In this document: piece after piece, positions 36,771-49,627 of the stretch
Position numbering within the stretch: the first letter of the stretch is position 1
Layout: every line of letters begins with the position of its first letter
Assembly (NCBI GenBank): GCA_025558095.1
Contig: JAIVFI010000023.1
Location: 434,001 to 498,000 of the forward strand
Length of the DNA: 64,000 bases
Source of the DNA: Hyaloraphidium curvatum SAG 235-1
Taxonomy: Eukaryota > Fungi > Monoblepharomycota
Direction: 5' to 3'
The notes under the pieces: model-generated
Told to the model about the DNA's origin: nothing
What the model saw: only the letters and a program-made list of their open reading frames with translations
Databases searched by the model: none
Translations under genes and position numbers: made by a program

Positions 36771-36960
36771 CATCTCGCGCTTCCCTTCCAGGAGCGATGT
36801 TCGCAGGGAGCCTGAAGTCCGGGGGCGTGTTCTTCCTCTCTTTCTTCTCGGATTGAGCCGTGGAGCAGGGCAGAGCAGGGTAGCATGGCAATCGATGGTA
36901 TTGTACTTCCCCAAGATCCGGAAACCCGCGACTCCCCCCCGGCCTGCCGCCGCCCGGCAC

Positions 36961-38402
36961 CTACACCCTGCTCCCCACCTCCTCCATGACCATCTTGACC
37001 GTCTCTTCCCTGACCTTGAGCCCCTCGGCGCCGCCCTGCACGCCGACCTTGCGGAACACCAGCGCGGCCCAGCCGTCCGTCTTGACGACCGAGGAAAAGT
37101 TGGCCGCGGCGAAGCCCACCAGGGCGGCGCGGAGGGGGGTGGATTCCAGCCCGATGAGGAGGGGGCAGACGGTGGAGGGGGTGAGGAGGGGGGGGGAGGT
37201 GATGAGGGCGCGGGTGAGGGGGAGCAGGGAGGGGAGGGGGTATGCGACTGCATCGAGGGGGGAAGAGGGGTCAATGGATGAGGTCGGAGCATCGAAGTGG
37301 GGTGCATACCGAGGGCAGAGTGCAGCGCGCAGGCGGCTTCGACGCCGGCGGCGTCGGGCTCGAACACGGGCGTCTTGTAGAGGTAGATGTACTCGACCAG
37401 GATGCGCAGCGTGGCGATGGGTATCGGCAGCCTGACGCGCACGAGCGGGCGCGGGTGCGAGACGGTGGAGATGGCGAAGGAGCTCGGGGCGCCGGGCGAC
37501 TGCGGGCCGGGGACGGGCTTGGCCTCGCCGGTCGAGGCGTCCCCGTTCGTCGACGGGGCCGCGGCAGCCGCGGGCTCGGCGGCGGCGCCGTTGGCTTGTG
37601 CGGCCGGGGGCTCGGCGGGGGCAGTTTCGGCCTTGGGCGCGGCGCCTGCGCCGGCCTGCGCCTTGCGGAACCACTCCCACCCGCTCGCGAGCACCTTGGA
37701 GTGGGCCCAGACCGAGCCGCCGTCGGCGATCAGCTCGACGTCGCCCGTGCGCGCGTCGTCGAGCAGCAGCGGGCCGATGCCGTCGCGCGGCAGCCTGCGC
37801 ACGCCGGTGACCGAGTCCAGGTGCACGTACAGCAGCGCGTCGTGTGCGGCCATGTGCGCCGAGAAGTCGTCGGGCGGGGCGGCCTCCGTGGGCGTTGACA
37901 GGCCGGGTGCGTCGCCTGTGCGCACGAGCACCCATAGCTCGACGAGCTGCGCGGGCAGCGCGTCGTCGAGCGCGAACTCGAAAGAGAACAGGCCGGGCGT
38001 TGCGGCGTTAGGCTCGCGGATCGGCAGCACCGCGCCGCCGGCGACGACGCGCACGTCGAGCGACACGGAGGTCAGCGCGGGGCCCACGCGGGCGCGGCAG
38101 CGGAGCGACACGCCGACGAGCGTGCGCGGGCCGCCGGCCTTGGAGCGCGCCGGCGCCGCCGCAAACGACCAGTTCAGGCCGTTGACGCGCAGGCCGTCCA
38201 CGGACAGCGGCGCGACGCGCGTGGTCGTCGCCGCGTCGACCGGGATGGCCGCCGCGTCCAGCGCCGCGCGCGGCAGCGCCCAAACAACGCCCGCGACAGG
38301 CGAGTGCGCCGTCGCCGGCGCCGCCGAAAACGCCGCCGACGCCGCAACAAGCGGAGGCGCAAGCATGGAGGAAGTCGACGGCCGCGGCTCCGCCATGGCC
38401 AT
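36961..38402 (-). CDS. BTB/POZ domain protein, 1 intron
   Basis: TGDVELIADGGSVWAHSKVLASGWEWFR...TLRILVEYIY; C-terminal BACK-like LRAALVGFAAANFSSVVKTDGW. Confidence 0.8.
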
Positions 38403-38611
38403 GGTTGTTTGAAACCTTGAAACCGTGGTCCTTGGCCCGGGACGCGGGCACCAAATCACAGGCGCCCCAAATGACCGCTCGCACAAAGCATCGCTAAAAT
38501 GAATCGGCCAGGATGTGCAAAGACGCTTGCGTTATTGCAGCAGATGGTTGAGCGTGCAAGGACACGCTCTAATGCACATGGCCGGCAACCCCGACGACCG
38601 GCGCATCCACC

Positions 38612-39710
38612 TCACTTCTTGAAGTGACCCCACTTGCGAAAGTCCTGCACGACCTCTGCGAGCGTCTCCCCCAGCCCCTTTGCGTACGGCACCCCCAGCT
38701 CCCTGCTCCTCGACGTGTCGATCTTGTACGCCCTCCCGAGCTGCGTCCGGACGAAGTGCGCCTTGCCGACCGGAAGCGTGAACGACACCAGGTAGGCCGC
38801 AAAGTTGGGCACGGCCATGAACCGCTTCCCCGTCAGTTTGGCCGCGGCGGGGGCCACGTCCCGCGCCAGGTTGTGGCTTCCCCCGCTGACGAGGTAGCGC
38901 CCCGACGCTGTCGGCGACCGCGCGGCGAGCACGTGAGCCGCCACGACGTCTTCCACATGGACCCATGCAATTCCGAGGTCCATGGATGGCATGGCACCGT
39001 TGACGAGGTCGGCGAGGATGCGGGTGGAGACGCTCAGGGCGGGCGACAGGGAAGGGCCCCAGATCTGCGGGACGGCGAGCCAGTCAAGTCATCAACCGGC
39101 AGGGATGGCGAGAAGATGCACGCACGAGCGACGGGTGGATGGTCACGAGGCGGAACTTTTCCCTCCCGGGGGGAGACGTCCAGGCGTCGTAGGCCTCGCG
39201 CAGCGCCCGCTCGGCCTCGACCTTGGAATAATTGTAGCCATCCCACTTTAGCGTTGCCTCGGTGTTCCAGTCGGCTTCCGTGATCGCCCGGCCGTCCTTG
39301 GACGGGGCATCCGCGATCGAGAGCAGCGAGGCGGTGACGACCAGCACCTCGACGCCCGGCGCCTTCTTGCAAGCCTCGAACACCGCCAGCGTTCCCGTCA
39401 CCGCCGGATCCACCAGCTCCCTCTGCGGATCCTTCAGGGTATCCACGACGAACGGCGACGCCACGTGGAACACCGCCGCACAGCCCGCGACGTGCCCGTC
39501 GAAAGACCCGGGCACCGAAAGGTCCGCCTCGACCACCTGCAGCCGCTCCGCGCCGGGGAGCTCGGAGAGGAACGCGTTCTTGGGATCCGACTTGCGGCGC
39601 ACCGAGGCACGGACGGCGTATCCGAGGGAAAGCAGCGCCGCGACCAGGTGCGCGCCGAGGAAGCCGCCGGCGCCGCTGACGAACGCGCGCGGGGGGGTGG
39701 CGGGGTCCAT
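38612..39710 (-). CDS. NAD(P)-dependent epimerase/dehydratase-type reductase (DFR/CCR/aldehyde reductase-like SDR), 1 intron
   Basis: VSGAGGFLG, VFHVASP, LVDPAVTGT, YNYSK, WVHVEDVVAAH, GRYLV. Confidence 0.92.
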
Positions 39711-40090
39711 AGCGGGGACGGGATGCATCGGCGGCGGAAACGGCGGCGCTGCGTGCCCGCGGAGGGCGGATTTATGCGGGGACGCGGCGGCGCAACGTCG
39801 ATGGGGCCGGCGGGCCTTCGGGGAATGGGCCTTTCGCCGCGGACCCCGAAATCCGCCCGGCCGCAGAGTTCTCGCGACCCCCGGCCGCCTGCGGGCAGTT
39901 AGGTTACGCCGCTTTCGTTACTCCGGCTCCGGCGGCGGCTTTTTCGATTGGTTCCGCACGGAACGCGAGTACCGTCTCATGTGACGGCTCCGCCTCGACC
40001 GACCAACACAACCGTCGAAATGCGAGCCGGCCTAGTGCGGACGCCTATATTCGCCGCGCCGGCTCCGCATCCGGATGCGATCGCCGGGCA

Positions 40091-41333
40091 TCACATGTAC
40101 GCCTTGCTCACGATCCTGCCCGCCTCGGCGATCACGTCCTGCGGCTCCTGCTTCTCCCCCGCGAAGAACCTCTCGAGGATCCGCTTGGTCCCGGCGACGT
40201 AGCGGATCTGCGCGTCGAGTGAGGTGCCGGATACGTGCGGCGTCATTGCGTTGTGTTTCATGGTTCGCCAGGGGTGATCTGCGCCGCGCGGCGATGAAAG
40301 GAAAAGGCGATTTGCGAAAATATGAAGCATGGATAAGTACGAGCGGCAACGAACACGAGGATAACCTCACCTTTTGGGGCCGGCTGCTGGTCCCATGTGT
40401 CGCCGCCGTAGCCCGCTACCTGGCCCGAGTTCACCGCGGCGACGAGATCTTCGCGGTTCATGATGGCGCCGCGGGCCGTGTTGACGATGAAGATGCCTGC
40501 CGGATCCTGTCAGCGTCGGAACGTGCGCTTGCGAATCCGCTGTACCTTTCTTGGCCTTGTCGAGAAGAGATTTGTTGATCATTCCCCGGGTCTCGGGCGT
40601 CAAGGGGACATTGACCGAGACGACGTCGCACGTGGCAAACAGCTCTTCGACGGAGACGTGCCGAGCGCCGACGGCATCCTCGAGCTCTGCGGATCCGTGC
40701 TCAGCCCCAGAACCCAGAGCAAGCCGGGGCTTGACTACCTTTCGGCAAGGCATGGCGCTGCGAGTAGAGCAGCTCTTTGCAATCGAACGGCTTGAGCCTC
40801 TGCAGCAGCTTGTACCCGATGCGCCCGCACCCTAGCGTGCCGACCGTCTTGCCCATCAGATCCCACTCGTCGATGGCGACCGCGGCCACGTCCCAGCCCC
40901 CCGAGCGGACCATCTCGTGCGCAAAGGTGTAGTTCCGGACCAAATCTAGGATGGTCATGATGGCGTGCTCGGCGACTGAGGTGACGTTGGATCCGGTGAC
41001 TTCGTACACGCCGATGCCGCGGGCGTTGGCGGCGGGCAGGTCGATGTGGTCGGACCCGACGCCGGCGGTCACGCAGATTTTGAGCTGCTTCGCCGTCGCC
41101 ATCCGCGCCGCCGTGAGGTATGCGGGGTGGAACGGCGTGCTGATCAGGATGTCGGTGTCCACCAGCTCTCTCTCGAACTCGCATCCCGGCGCGTCCTTGT
41201 CGCTGGTGACGACGTAAGTGTGCCCGAGCGACTTGAGCCACGGGCCGAGCCCAAGGCCCTGCTGCGCGCAGCCGAGCAGCCGCGGGTCCGAAGCGTGGGC
41301 GCCGCCGTCGTAGAGGACCGCGAGGATCTTCAT
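40091..41333 (-). CDS. FDH1: Formate dehydrogenase (NAD(P)+-dependent, D-2-hydroxyacid dehydrogenase family), 3 introns
   Basis: [76 protein letters not shown]. Confidence 0.95.
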
Positions 41334-41492
41334 TTTCGCCTGCGTTTTGGTGAAAGCGGAGGTTCGGGCGCGATCGAGAGACCAATCAGACCAGCCAGGA
41401 CCCGCAGCCCGCCCGCTCCTCCGCACCGACTCCCAACGTGCAAAACAAACATGAAAGCTACTACCGGTCGACAAAGAAAACATACTTCAAGA

Positions 41493-44290
41493 TCACCAAA
41501 CCGCACCGTGCCGACGCTCAGGTCGCGAACGCACTCCCCGGCTCGAGATCTCCACGTAGCCGTTTCATCTCCTCGGGCGAAGGGCCGATCCACACCGCTT
41601 CCGGGCTGCTGTCCGACTGCGAGGGATCGACGAGGGACCTGGAGGAAACGGCGGTCAGGGAAGTCGAGGCGGATCCGAGGAGCAACCCACATGATGTCCC
41701 TCTGTACCAGATCGCGCACCACGTTGTAGGCCGAATGTATCAGCTTGAACGACGTGCCCGTCTCGCCGAGCCCTGCAGAAACCGTTAGCCACGTCCACTT
41801 GCCCACTCCGCGCAACCCACCCTCGAGCACCCCGTCCACGTCCTCGATCAGGCTGCGCACCGTCTCGAGCGCCAGCTGGATCAGCTCCGGGTCCCCCGCA
41901 TGCCGGTGCAGCAGTGCCCTGAACTTTCTGATGGCGACCACGTGCACCCAGCATGCCCTGAGCGCCACCAACCCCCAGACTGGGCTGATGCGCTTGATCT
42001 CGTCCTCGCGCCGGCGGCGGAACCGCGCCTCCTTTACCGCCTGGGACTCGCCCGGCCGCCCCGGCCCGTCGTCCGGCTCCACCCGCAGCGACGACTTGCA
42101 GATCCGGCTGACGGTCATCGCAAGCGCCTCCGCCTCGACGAACTGCGGCGAGTACGGCCAAGACTCGTCCACGATGACGCGGTCAAAAATGTCGCTCGGC
42201 GAGTTGAGGATCAGCAGGTGCGTGTACGCGATCACCACGGCGTTGGGCAGCGTCGTGCGCCAGGGCCGGCCCCACTCGCGCTCCGCGATGGCGCGCAGGC
42301 CCGCGCCGTCGGTGGCCCCGACCAGCCGGCCGATCGCGGGGTGCAGCTCGCGGAACCACTCCCCGATCCCGGAAACCAGCTCTTCCCTCATTTTGCGGCC
42401 CTCGGCCTGCTCCCCGCCCGGCCCGGAAGGGGGAGCGTGCAGCCTCCATCCGCGCTGGACGAAGAACGCCTTGCACCGGACGAACTTGGCCCACAGCGGG
42501 GTCAGCGCCATCTGCAGCCACGCGTAGCCGTTGCGCAGCGCGCCCCGGCCCAGCGTGCGCGCGGCGGCGGTGCGGCGGGGGTCGCCCAGAGCGAGTGCGT
42601 GCAGCGCGTGGGCGTCGCCGAGGCGGGGCCAGCGGCACCCGGCCAGCACGCGCGCAAGGGAGGTCTCGAGCTCGTAGGGCGGTTCGGCCAGCTCGACGGT
42701 CTTTTCGGCGCGGAGGATGCCGCGCCAGACATGGCGCGGGGTCGAGGCGGGGGGAAGGGATTCGAAGAGGACGTTGGGGCCGGAGCTGAGGCGGACGTTG
42801 GCCCAGGGCACGTCGTACCGGCCCGAGGCGTCCTCGACGGGCGCCTGCGCGTCCACGAGAACGGGGAGAATGCCGAGCGCGTCGGCGAGCGCGGCGTCGC
42901 CGAGCAGCATGGCGGCACAGTGCCGAACGCGCACCTCGCGGCGGATGAAGGCCGGAAGGTCGTCCGGCGACGGCGGGTTGTCGTCGCCGGGCAGCTCGCC
43001 GAACCGCAGGCGGCCGAACAGCTCGGTCCACAGCTCGGTGATCGCAACGGCATCGGCGACCGCGCCCATGACGGTGAACGAGTGCCTGCACAGCTGGGCA
43101 AAGGTCGAAAGGTCCGTCAGCCGTTTGAGCAGGGTGGGATCCGGGCTGCGGGGGTCCAGCTCCGGCGGTGGGCGCTCCCGGATCGCACGCTGCTCTGTGC
43201 GCACGCGGTTCAGGCACTCGGCCTTGAGGGCGGCGAACCACGCGCCGTCGTGGTCAAACACGTCGTCCCAACCCCCGCCGGCAGAACGCGACCGGCGCCG
43301 CCCGATCTCGGTGTCGGCCATCCGCGAGCCGCTCAGTAGCACGCCGAGCAGCACGTTGGGGTCCGCGCGACCAGTGGCAACATCGTCGTAGAACGTCGGC
43401 GGGTGCATCGACGGGACCCTCACGTGATCGAACTCGAAGTACTGAGTGATCAGGTACGACATGACCGGCCACGGAGGAAGCATGGCGGCCGGCACCGTGG
43501 GATACAGCGACGTCAGCGGCTCGACGGGCTCGGGGATCACGGGTTCCGGCAGGAGGGCTTTCACCAGCACCGGGAAGGGTACCTGGGGCCGCTCGTCCTG
43601 TTCGGGTTCGGGAGCCAAGGGCATGGCGATGAAAGGAATGGAGGCGCGGAGGGAGAAAGACGCGCGGGCATCTTCGGGGACGCCAGCCACGAGCGCCTGG
43701 TCGTGCGTAATGTAGCCCAGCATCTCGAGCGTGGCCGGCGTGAGCGGGTCAAAGGCGTAGTGGCCGCCTTCAGGGTCCGGAAAGTGTCCCACGTCCACGG
43801 CCCACGGGTTCTGCTGAGCCGGCTCGTAGGGAGAGCCGACGGACGAGCCGCTGCCTGAAGCCGGGTTGGAGGCGGCGGCGAGGAGCGCCGAGAGCTCGCC
43901 AGGACCTCTGATGTCAGGAACGTCCTCCCCAATTGCGTCCTCGTCGCCGTCATCCGACGCCTCGCGCCGCCGCCGCCCAGCTCCCCGCTTCCGCGTGCAC
44001 GGCACGATCTCGCTGCGCCTGCGGTGGCGCTTGAGCGCGTCGCCGCGGCGGAACTCTGTCCCGCACGCCTCGCACACGTGCTTTTGGATCGAAGGAGTCG
44101 CACCGGGCTCGCCGTGCGTGACGACGTTGTGGCGCTTCAGCTCGTAGATGCGGCCGAACACCGTCCCGGGGCAGCGCTCGCAAGTAAAGGTCTCCACCTC
44201 GCCCGTGTGTTTCTTCATGTGGAGCCGGAGGTTCGCCTGGCGCTTGAACGACGCGCCGCAGTCCTGGCACACGAACGCCGAGTCGGCCAT
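41493..44290 (-). CDS. C2H2 zinc-finger transcription factor with fungal-specific TF domain
   Basis: Three fingers (CQDC..HMKKH, CERC..HNVVTH, CEAC..H); YFEFDH..MHPPTF; two short 3' introns. Confidence 0.88.
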
Positions 44291-44581
44291 CGCGGCCAAA
44301 AGCCGGCGACGGGGCTCGTGGCGTCCGCAGGCGCCCGCGGCTGCGGCGGGTCTGTCGCCGTCAAACCGCCCCCCACGGGGTCGCGAGGGGCAAAACGGTC
44401 CGTTCCCTTGGTCGCGGTCGATCCCGCGCTCGTGCCTTCCCCAAACATTGGAATCGGAGATTCCGAGCCTCTCTGCGGCGCAGGTTGCCGGCGGAGGTCG
44501 CTTGCGCAGCTCTTTCCACTTCTTTCTGTTGAGATTCGGCTCGGACTGGTCCGCGGCCCGCGCCGTCGTGCCGGAACGGAG

Positions 44582-44788
44582 ATGCCCCTGGACGCACCGA
44601 AACCCCGCGTGCGGACCCAGCAGTCGCTCGTCGCGCTGCTCGAGAGGAACTTTGCGCTGCTGCAGTCGTGGCTCGAGGACCCGCAGACCAAGCGCGGTCA
44701 GCTGCAGGAGGCGCGCCGGCCGTCGTGGGTCGGAGAGGACTCGACCGGGGTCCGGCGGGGTTCCGAAGTCGCCGATTCCCGGGCGTAA
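44582..44788 (+). CDS. Possible small protein (68 aa)
   Basis: MPLDAPKP... ORF with GC3-biased codons and an amphipathic helix; no homology recognised. Confidence 0.25.
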   Translation: MPLDAPKPRVRTQQSLVALLERNFALLQSWLEDPQTKRGQLQEARRPSWVGEDSTGVRRGSEVADSRA

Positions 44789-45124
44789 CTTCGTTGCCGG
44801 CATTTCTTGAATCTGCCATGGACTTGGACCAAAGGCAGCTCGCTGCTGGTCGGTTCGCGGGCGTGCTCCGGCCGAATCGGAAGTTGTAGAAAGACCTCAA
44901 CCGACCTCGGAGCGGAGCGCGGACATGAATGTCCATGGCAGGTCGTCGGTGTAACCTGCACGCTGGGACTTGGGATTGCTGGACGTCTATGTGAAGAGCA
45001 GGGGTGAACTTTGCCATGTCGGTGGACTTTGCTATGTCGGGATACCCAGATTCGTTTCGAGATGTATATATGCTCTCTATCGAGTTAAATCTATCTGCCT
45101 GTCTTCCATGGTGACCTTGTTCGA

Positions 45125-48100
45125 CTACCAGCCGTCCCGAAGCACCACCTCGAGCTGGTCGGCGAAGAAGTCCGCGTCCTCGACCGAGATGCACATCGGC
45201 GGCTTGATCTTGAGCACGTTGCTCCGCTCTCCGGTCGGCTGGCAAATCACGCCGAGCTCCCTGAGCCTGTCGCAGATGGCCCCGCACTCTTTGGTCGCCG
45301 GCTCGAGCGTTTCCCTGTCCCTGACAAGCTCGGCGCCCAGGTACAGCCCGATGCCGTGCACCGCGCCGACTATCGGGTACCGCTCCTTCATGTCGGCCAG
45401 CCTCTCGAGGAGCCTGGACCCCACCCGCGCCGCGTTCTCTTGCAGCCCCTCGTCCCGTATGGCATCGAGCACGGTGCACCCGACTACGCACGAGACGGGG
45501 CTCCCTCCCGCGCTGGAGAAGAAGTTGCCCTGCGCCGAAAACGCGTCGGCGATCTCCTTCCGGGTGATCACCGCGCCGAGCGGGTGCCCGTTCCCGAGCG
45601 CCTTGGCGACGGTGATGATGTCCGGCACGACCGCGGGGCGGGCGAGCTCGTGCGCCCAGAACGCGGCGCCGGTGCGGGCCAGGCCGACCTGCACCTCGTC
45701 CGCGATCGCGTAGCCGCCGGCCTCGCGGACCGCGGCGTAGGCGGCATGGAGGTAGCCGTCGGGGAGCACGACGCCGCCGGCGTTGCCGAAGAGGGGCTCG
45801 CAGATGAAGGCGGCGGGGGGCTTGCCGTCCGTGGCCAGTGAGCGGATGAGACCAGTGACGTCGGCGGCGTAGCCGGCGGCTGCTTCGGCGCCGCGGTAAG
45901 TGCCGCGGTAGCTGTTGGGCGCAGCTGCGAGGTGGATCCAGTCGGGACGCGTCTCAAGGGCCCGTGGATTGTCGTATAGCGACGTGGTGACGGAGTCGGA
46001 CAAGAAGGTCCTGCAAAGCAGTCAGTGACAACTCAAGCCCTGTCCAAAATGTGCTCACCATCCGTGATATGCCTCCCGAACGGCCACAACGTCCTGCCGC
46101 CCGGTGATAGTCCGCGCCATGTGAAGTGCAAGATCGACGGCTTCCGACCCGCTGTTGACGAGGAACACCGTGTCGAGCCCCTCGGGTGCCAACTTCGCCA
46201 GGCGCTCGCAGAGCTCGGCAATAGCGGCATAGTGGAACCTGGAGTTGGTGTTGAGCAGCCTCATCTGCCTCGACACAACCTCCGCCAGCTTCGGGTGGGA
46301 GTGCCCGATCGCGGCAACGTTGTTCACCATGTCCAGGTACGTCCTCGCGTCGCAGTCCACCAGGTGCGCCCGCCAGCCGCGCTCGATCCGCATCGGATCG
46401 GCGTAGTAGTGCTCCTGCAGCCGTGCGAAAGTGGCGTCTCGGCGGGCCAGCAGGGCGCGGGCGTCTTCGGGAACGTAGGAAGCCTGAACGCCAAGAAGGA
46501 CGTCCGGGGACGGGCACAGCGATGTCCAGGCTCCACGCCACACGGGGGCGACGAACTCGGGGGGTTCGAGATCGCGAGCGAGGCAAAGGCGGATGCGCAG
46601 CACACCGGAGCTTGAAACGCGTCCCAGTGGATCGCCAACTGCAACAGAAATTCCGGCGGCAGGAGCCGATTCAGCACCACGAATGAAAACACGACCCGGG
46701 CCACCATCCAAGACGAGGTGATCGCCGTGGTGAGCCACAGTTCCCGTCCAGGGTGCACGAATCTCGGTGCCCGCCCCAGCTAACACGTCGATGCCCAGCG
46801 GCACCGTGGCAAGTGTAACGCTGCTGTTCACCACGGTCCGCGTAAGCCGCGGCTCGGCCCAGCGCGTACACGCGGCATGTGTTGGCGATTCCGCGGCGGC
46901 TTTGCGGAGGATCCGATCGTCCTCAGCGGCCCCGTGCAGATGGTTGCCCGAATGAAGCTTTTCCGACGTCGAAGACAGGTCCACCACAGCAAACGTGCCG
47001 TGCAGCGACGGCAAAAGCGGGGCGGCCGAGGCCAGCAGCGCCAACTGTTCTGCCACCTTGGGCGAAGGGCCCTTTCCGAGAGCGCGCCGCAAGGCCTCCT
47101 CCCCGGCAACAAAAGGAACAGAGCAGGCCATTTTCCAAATCCTCGTCTCGGATTCCAGCGCTCCCGTCGCAGATTCGTTGTCGGGATCCAGCTTGGTTTG
47201 GTGCTCACCGCACGCCACGAGGACCGCACCGCGGAGCACCACCAATGGCCAGAAGGCCGAGATCTCGGCGTCAGTCAGTGGCACGAGCTGGTTGAAGGAA
47301 ACTATCGCCGGAATGACCGCCATGGGATCGCCATCGCCGTGCCTGAGTACGCAAGAAGCTGTTACGGCAAGCTCCCCGACGCGCCAGCTGCGGCCAAGGT
47401 CCCCGAAATCAATAATCCCGTTCGGTCGGAGCCGGCCCGCAGCATCGGGAGAGGCGACGACATTGTCGTCCGTGATGTCGCCGTGGATGGTCTGGATCGC
47501 AAGGTGCGGAATCAAAGGCTCCAGAGCTCCCAGCACACGGTCCACGCTTGCCGCAACGGCCGCCCGCTTGGCGGGGTCCGCGATGGAGCCCAACAAGGCG
47601 CGCGTGACGGCCGCCGCGTTCCGCAGGTCCCACTGTCCCATCGGCTGGTCGAGGCCGGGGTGGTCAAAGTCGGCCAGCGCCGAGACGGAGCGGCCGGCAA
47701 GCCTCCCGAGGTCCTCGACGACGCAAGGTGCCAGGTAGCTCTTCTGCGGCAGAGGAACGCCTTCCAGGTAGGTGACCACGCGGACAAGTAGCGTCTCCTC
47801 GCCGATGCGGGCTTCGCGGATGAAACTCCCGTCGAGCGACTGAACGGGCTGAGGAACGGCAAAGGGCTCTGCGCTCCCTGCGACGTGCGCCGCGATGTGG
47901 AGCAAAGCGGAATCCTGAGCTTCCAGCGACAACCGCGGCCAGGACCGGTTCGCTATCTTGAGCACGAGGCGGCCGCCGGGCTTTCCGACGCGGAAATTTC
48001 TGTCCTGGTTGGATCCGAGCTCTCTGATTTGCAGATCGCCGGACAGGCCCCAGAGGGACGAAGCAAGCGCCGCGGCGCCCGCATCGTCGATGACGGGCCG

Positions 48101-48133
48101 CGGAAAAAGCTCAATCCCGGCCGCATCGCTCAT
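45125..48133 (-). CDS. Fusion: APH/hydroxylysine-kinase-like phosphotransferase + M23-like linker + class III aminotransferase/phospho-lyase; intron 46011-46058
   Basis: ELGSNQDRNF, IHGDITDDNV, IIDFGD; LGIDV..GTEIRAPWTGTV; YLDMVNNV, NSGSEAVDLA, AYHGW, IADEVQVG, VAKALGNG. Confidence 0.92.
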
Positions 48134-48293
48134 TTTCGCGCGTTTCTGGCGCAACAGGCGCTCGGAAGCGCGTTTTCTTAGTGGAGCAAGGGCGACGAAA
48201 ATGGTGTGTGATCGACGAGATCGACCCGCCCGTGGCGACTTCTACAGCATTGTGTTTGCCAAACGCCAAGATCGCTGACCGGGAGGGAGTCTA

Positions 48294-49413
48294 TCAATAC
48301 GCAACTTCGCGATAATACTTCTCCATGAGCTTCTTCGCCTTTTCCGCCCTCGGAACCTCGGGAAGAAGCATGGGATAGTAGGAAGCCCCAGCAACGTGCA
48401 GGAGAAAGTCACCCTTCTGCCACGGCCGCTTGTCCCTCTGGCAGGGGATCTCGGGAGGGTAGGCGTTGATCAAGTGTTGGTCGACGAAGACCGTGCTATC
48501 TGCGATGCCCAGGTAGTTGGTCGAAAGAAACGTGTGCAGGACACCCTGCTCGTTGCTCGTGGGGTCACGTTCGTCGTGGTACCGAATCATCTCGCGCAGA
48601 AAATGCCGCATGTAGGCCGAGTTGCGGAAAAAGACTGAGCCTGCGTTGATCATGTTGCAGTCCTTCGAGATCACCATCTCCGGACCGTTCTCGGCGTCGA
48701 AGCCCGGAAGAATGTCCTCCAGCCGCACCGTCAGGTTGGTCACGAGCGTGTCCGAGTCGATCATCCATATCATTTCGGCCGCGTCGGATGCGTTGAAGGC
48801 AGCAAGCACGGCGTAGATTTTAGCCCACATGATCCACGTCCCTTGAGGCATGCCCGCGATTGAGTCTGTTGTCGTGTGCAGGTGTAGCGGGTATCCGTGC
48901 TTGTGTGAATAAATCAGCTTGTTCGAAATCGAGGGGAGACTTGATCACAAGTTCCCGTTGATGTAATGGACGTAGATGGTGCAGGGTGATCAGCGGAGGA
49001 AGGGTTGTGTAGCCCCGGGAGAGTGATCACAGGTAAGATTGTGATCCGCAACGAGTCAAAGGAACTCACGTATAGCCCGTTTCCGCGGTCGCGAGCATCA
49101 CTATGCCGACCCTCTTCCTCGGCGGGGTTGGAGCAGCAGCGTGCGACGGGCCAGCGTGTTCCACGAAAAGCGCGGCGAATGAGCAGAGCAGGACCACGAC
49201 CAGTAAAACGTTCCAGAGAGGTGCTCGCCACGTAAAGTCGCTGACGAAGCGGGGCTCTTTGGAAGGGGACGGCGATCGTCCCCGGCGCGGAGGTGTCAAT
49301 GGCGGAGTGAGGGAGGGCCAACTGATCCCGAGTCCGACCGGCTTTGACCGGGCACCGGGGTGCTCCCATGCCATTGGCAGAATAGAAGGCAATGAGGTCG
49401 ATGCAGAGGGCAT
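48294..49413 (-). CDS. GT34 glycosyltransferase (Mnn10/galactosyltransferase-like), type II membrane, spliced
   Basis: TM anchor; NKLIYSHKHGY, WAKI, WMIDSDTLVTN (DxD), INAGSVFFRN, EQGVL, WQKGDFLLHVAG. Confidence 0.88.
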
Positions 49414-49627
49414 TTTGGAACACGAAGTGGGACTTCTTGAAGTTTGGCCTGAAGATTCGACGCGTCGCACGAGCAAGTTTGGCGATCCGAACTCCGCGCT
49501 CCGTCCAAGCGTTGGTCCACCCTCCAGGCCCTTCAAGAGCGCCGGCTTCAACACGTTGCGATTGGCGCGGCAAACTTGCCTTGAACGTGTCCAGCGCAAC
49601 GCGCTCTGCACCCCGACCGGCCTCGAG

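Noticed and set aside
37120-37270. G-run-rich tract as G-quadruplex or telomeric repeat
   Set aside because: It is the antisense of Pro/Leu/Ser codons in the last exon of the BTB gene; no regular repeat unit
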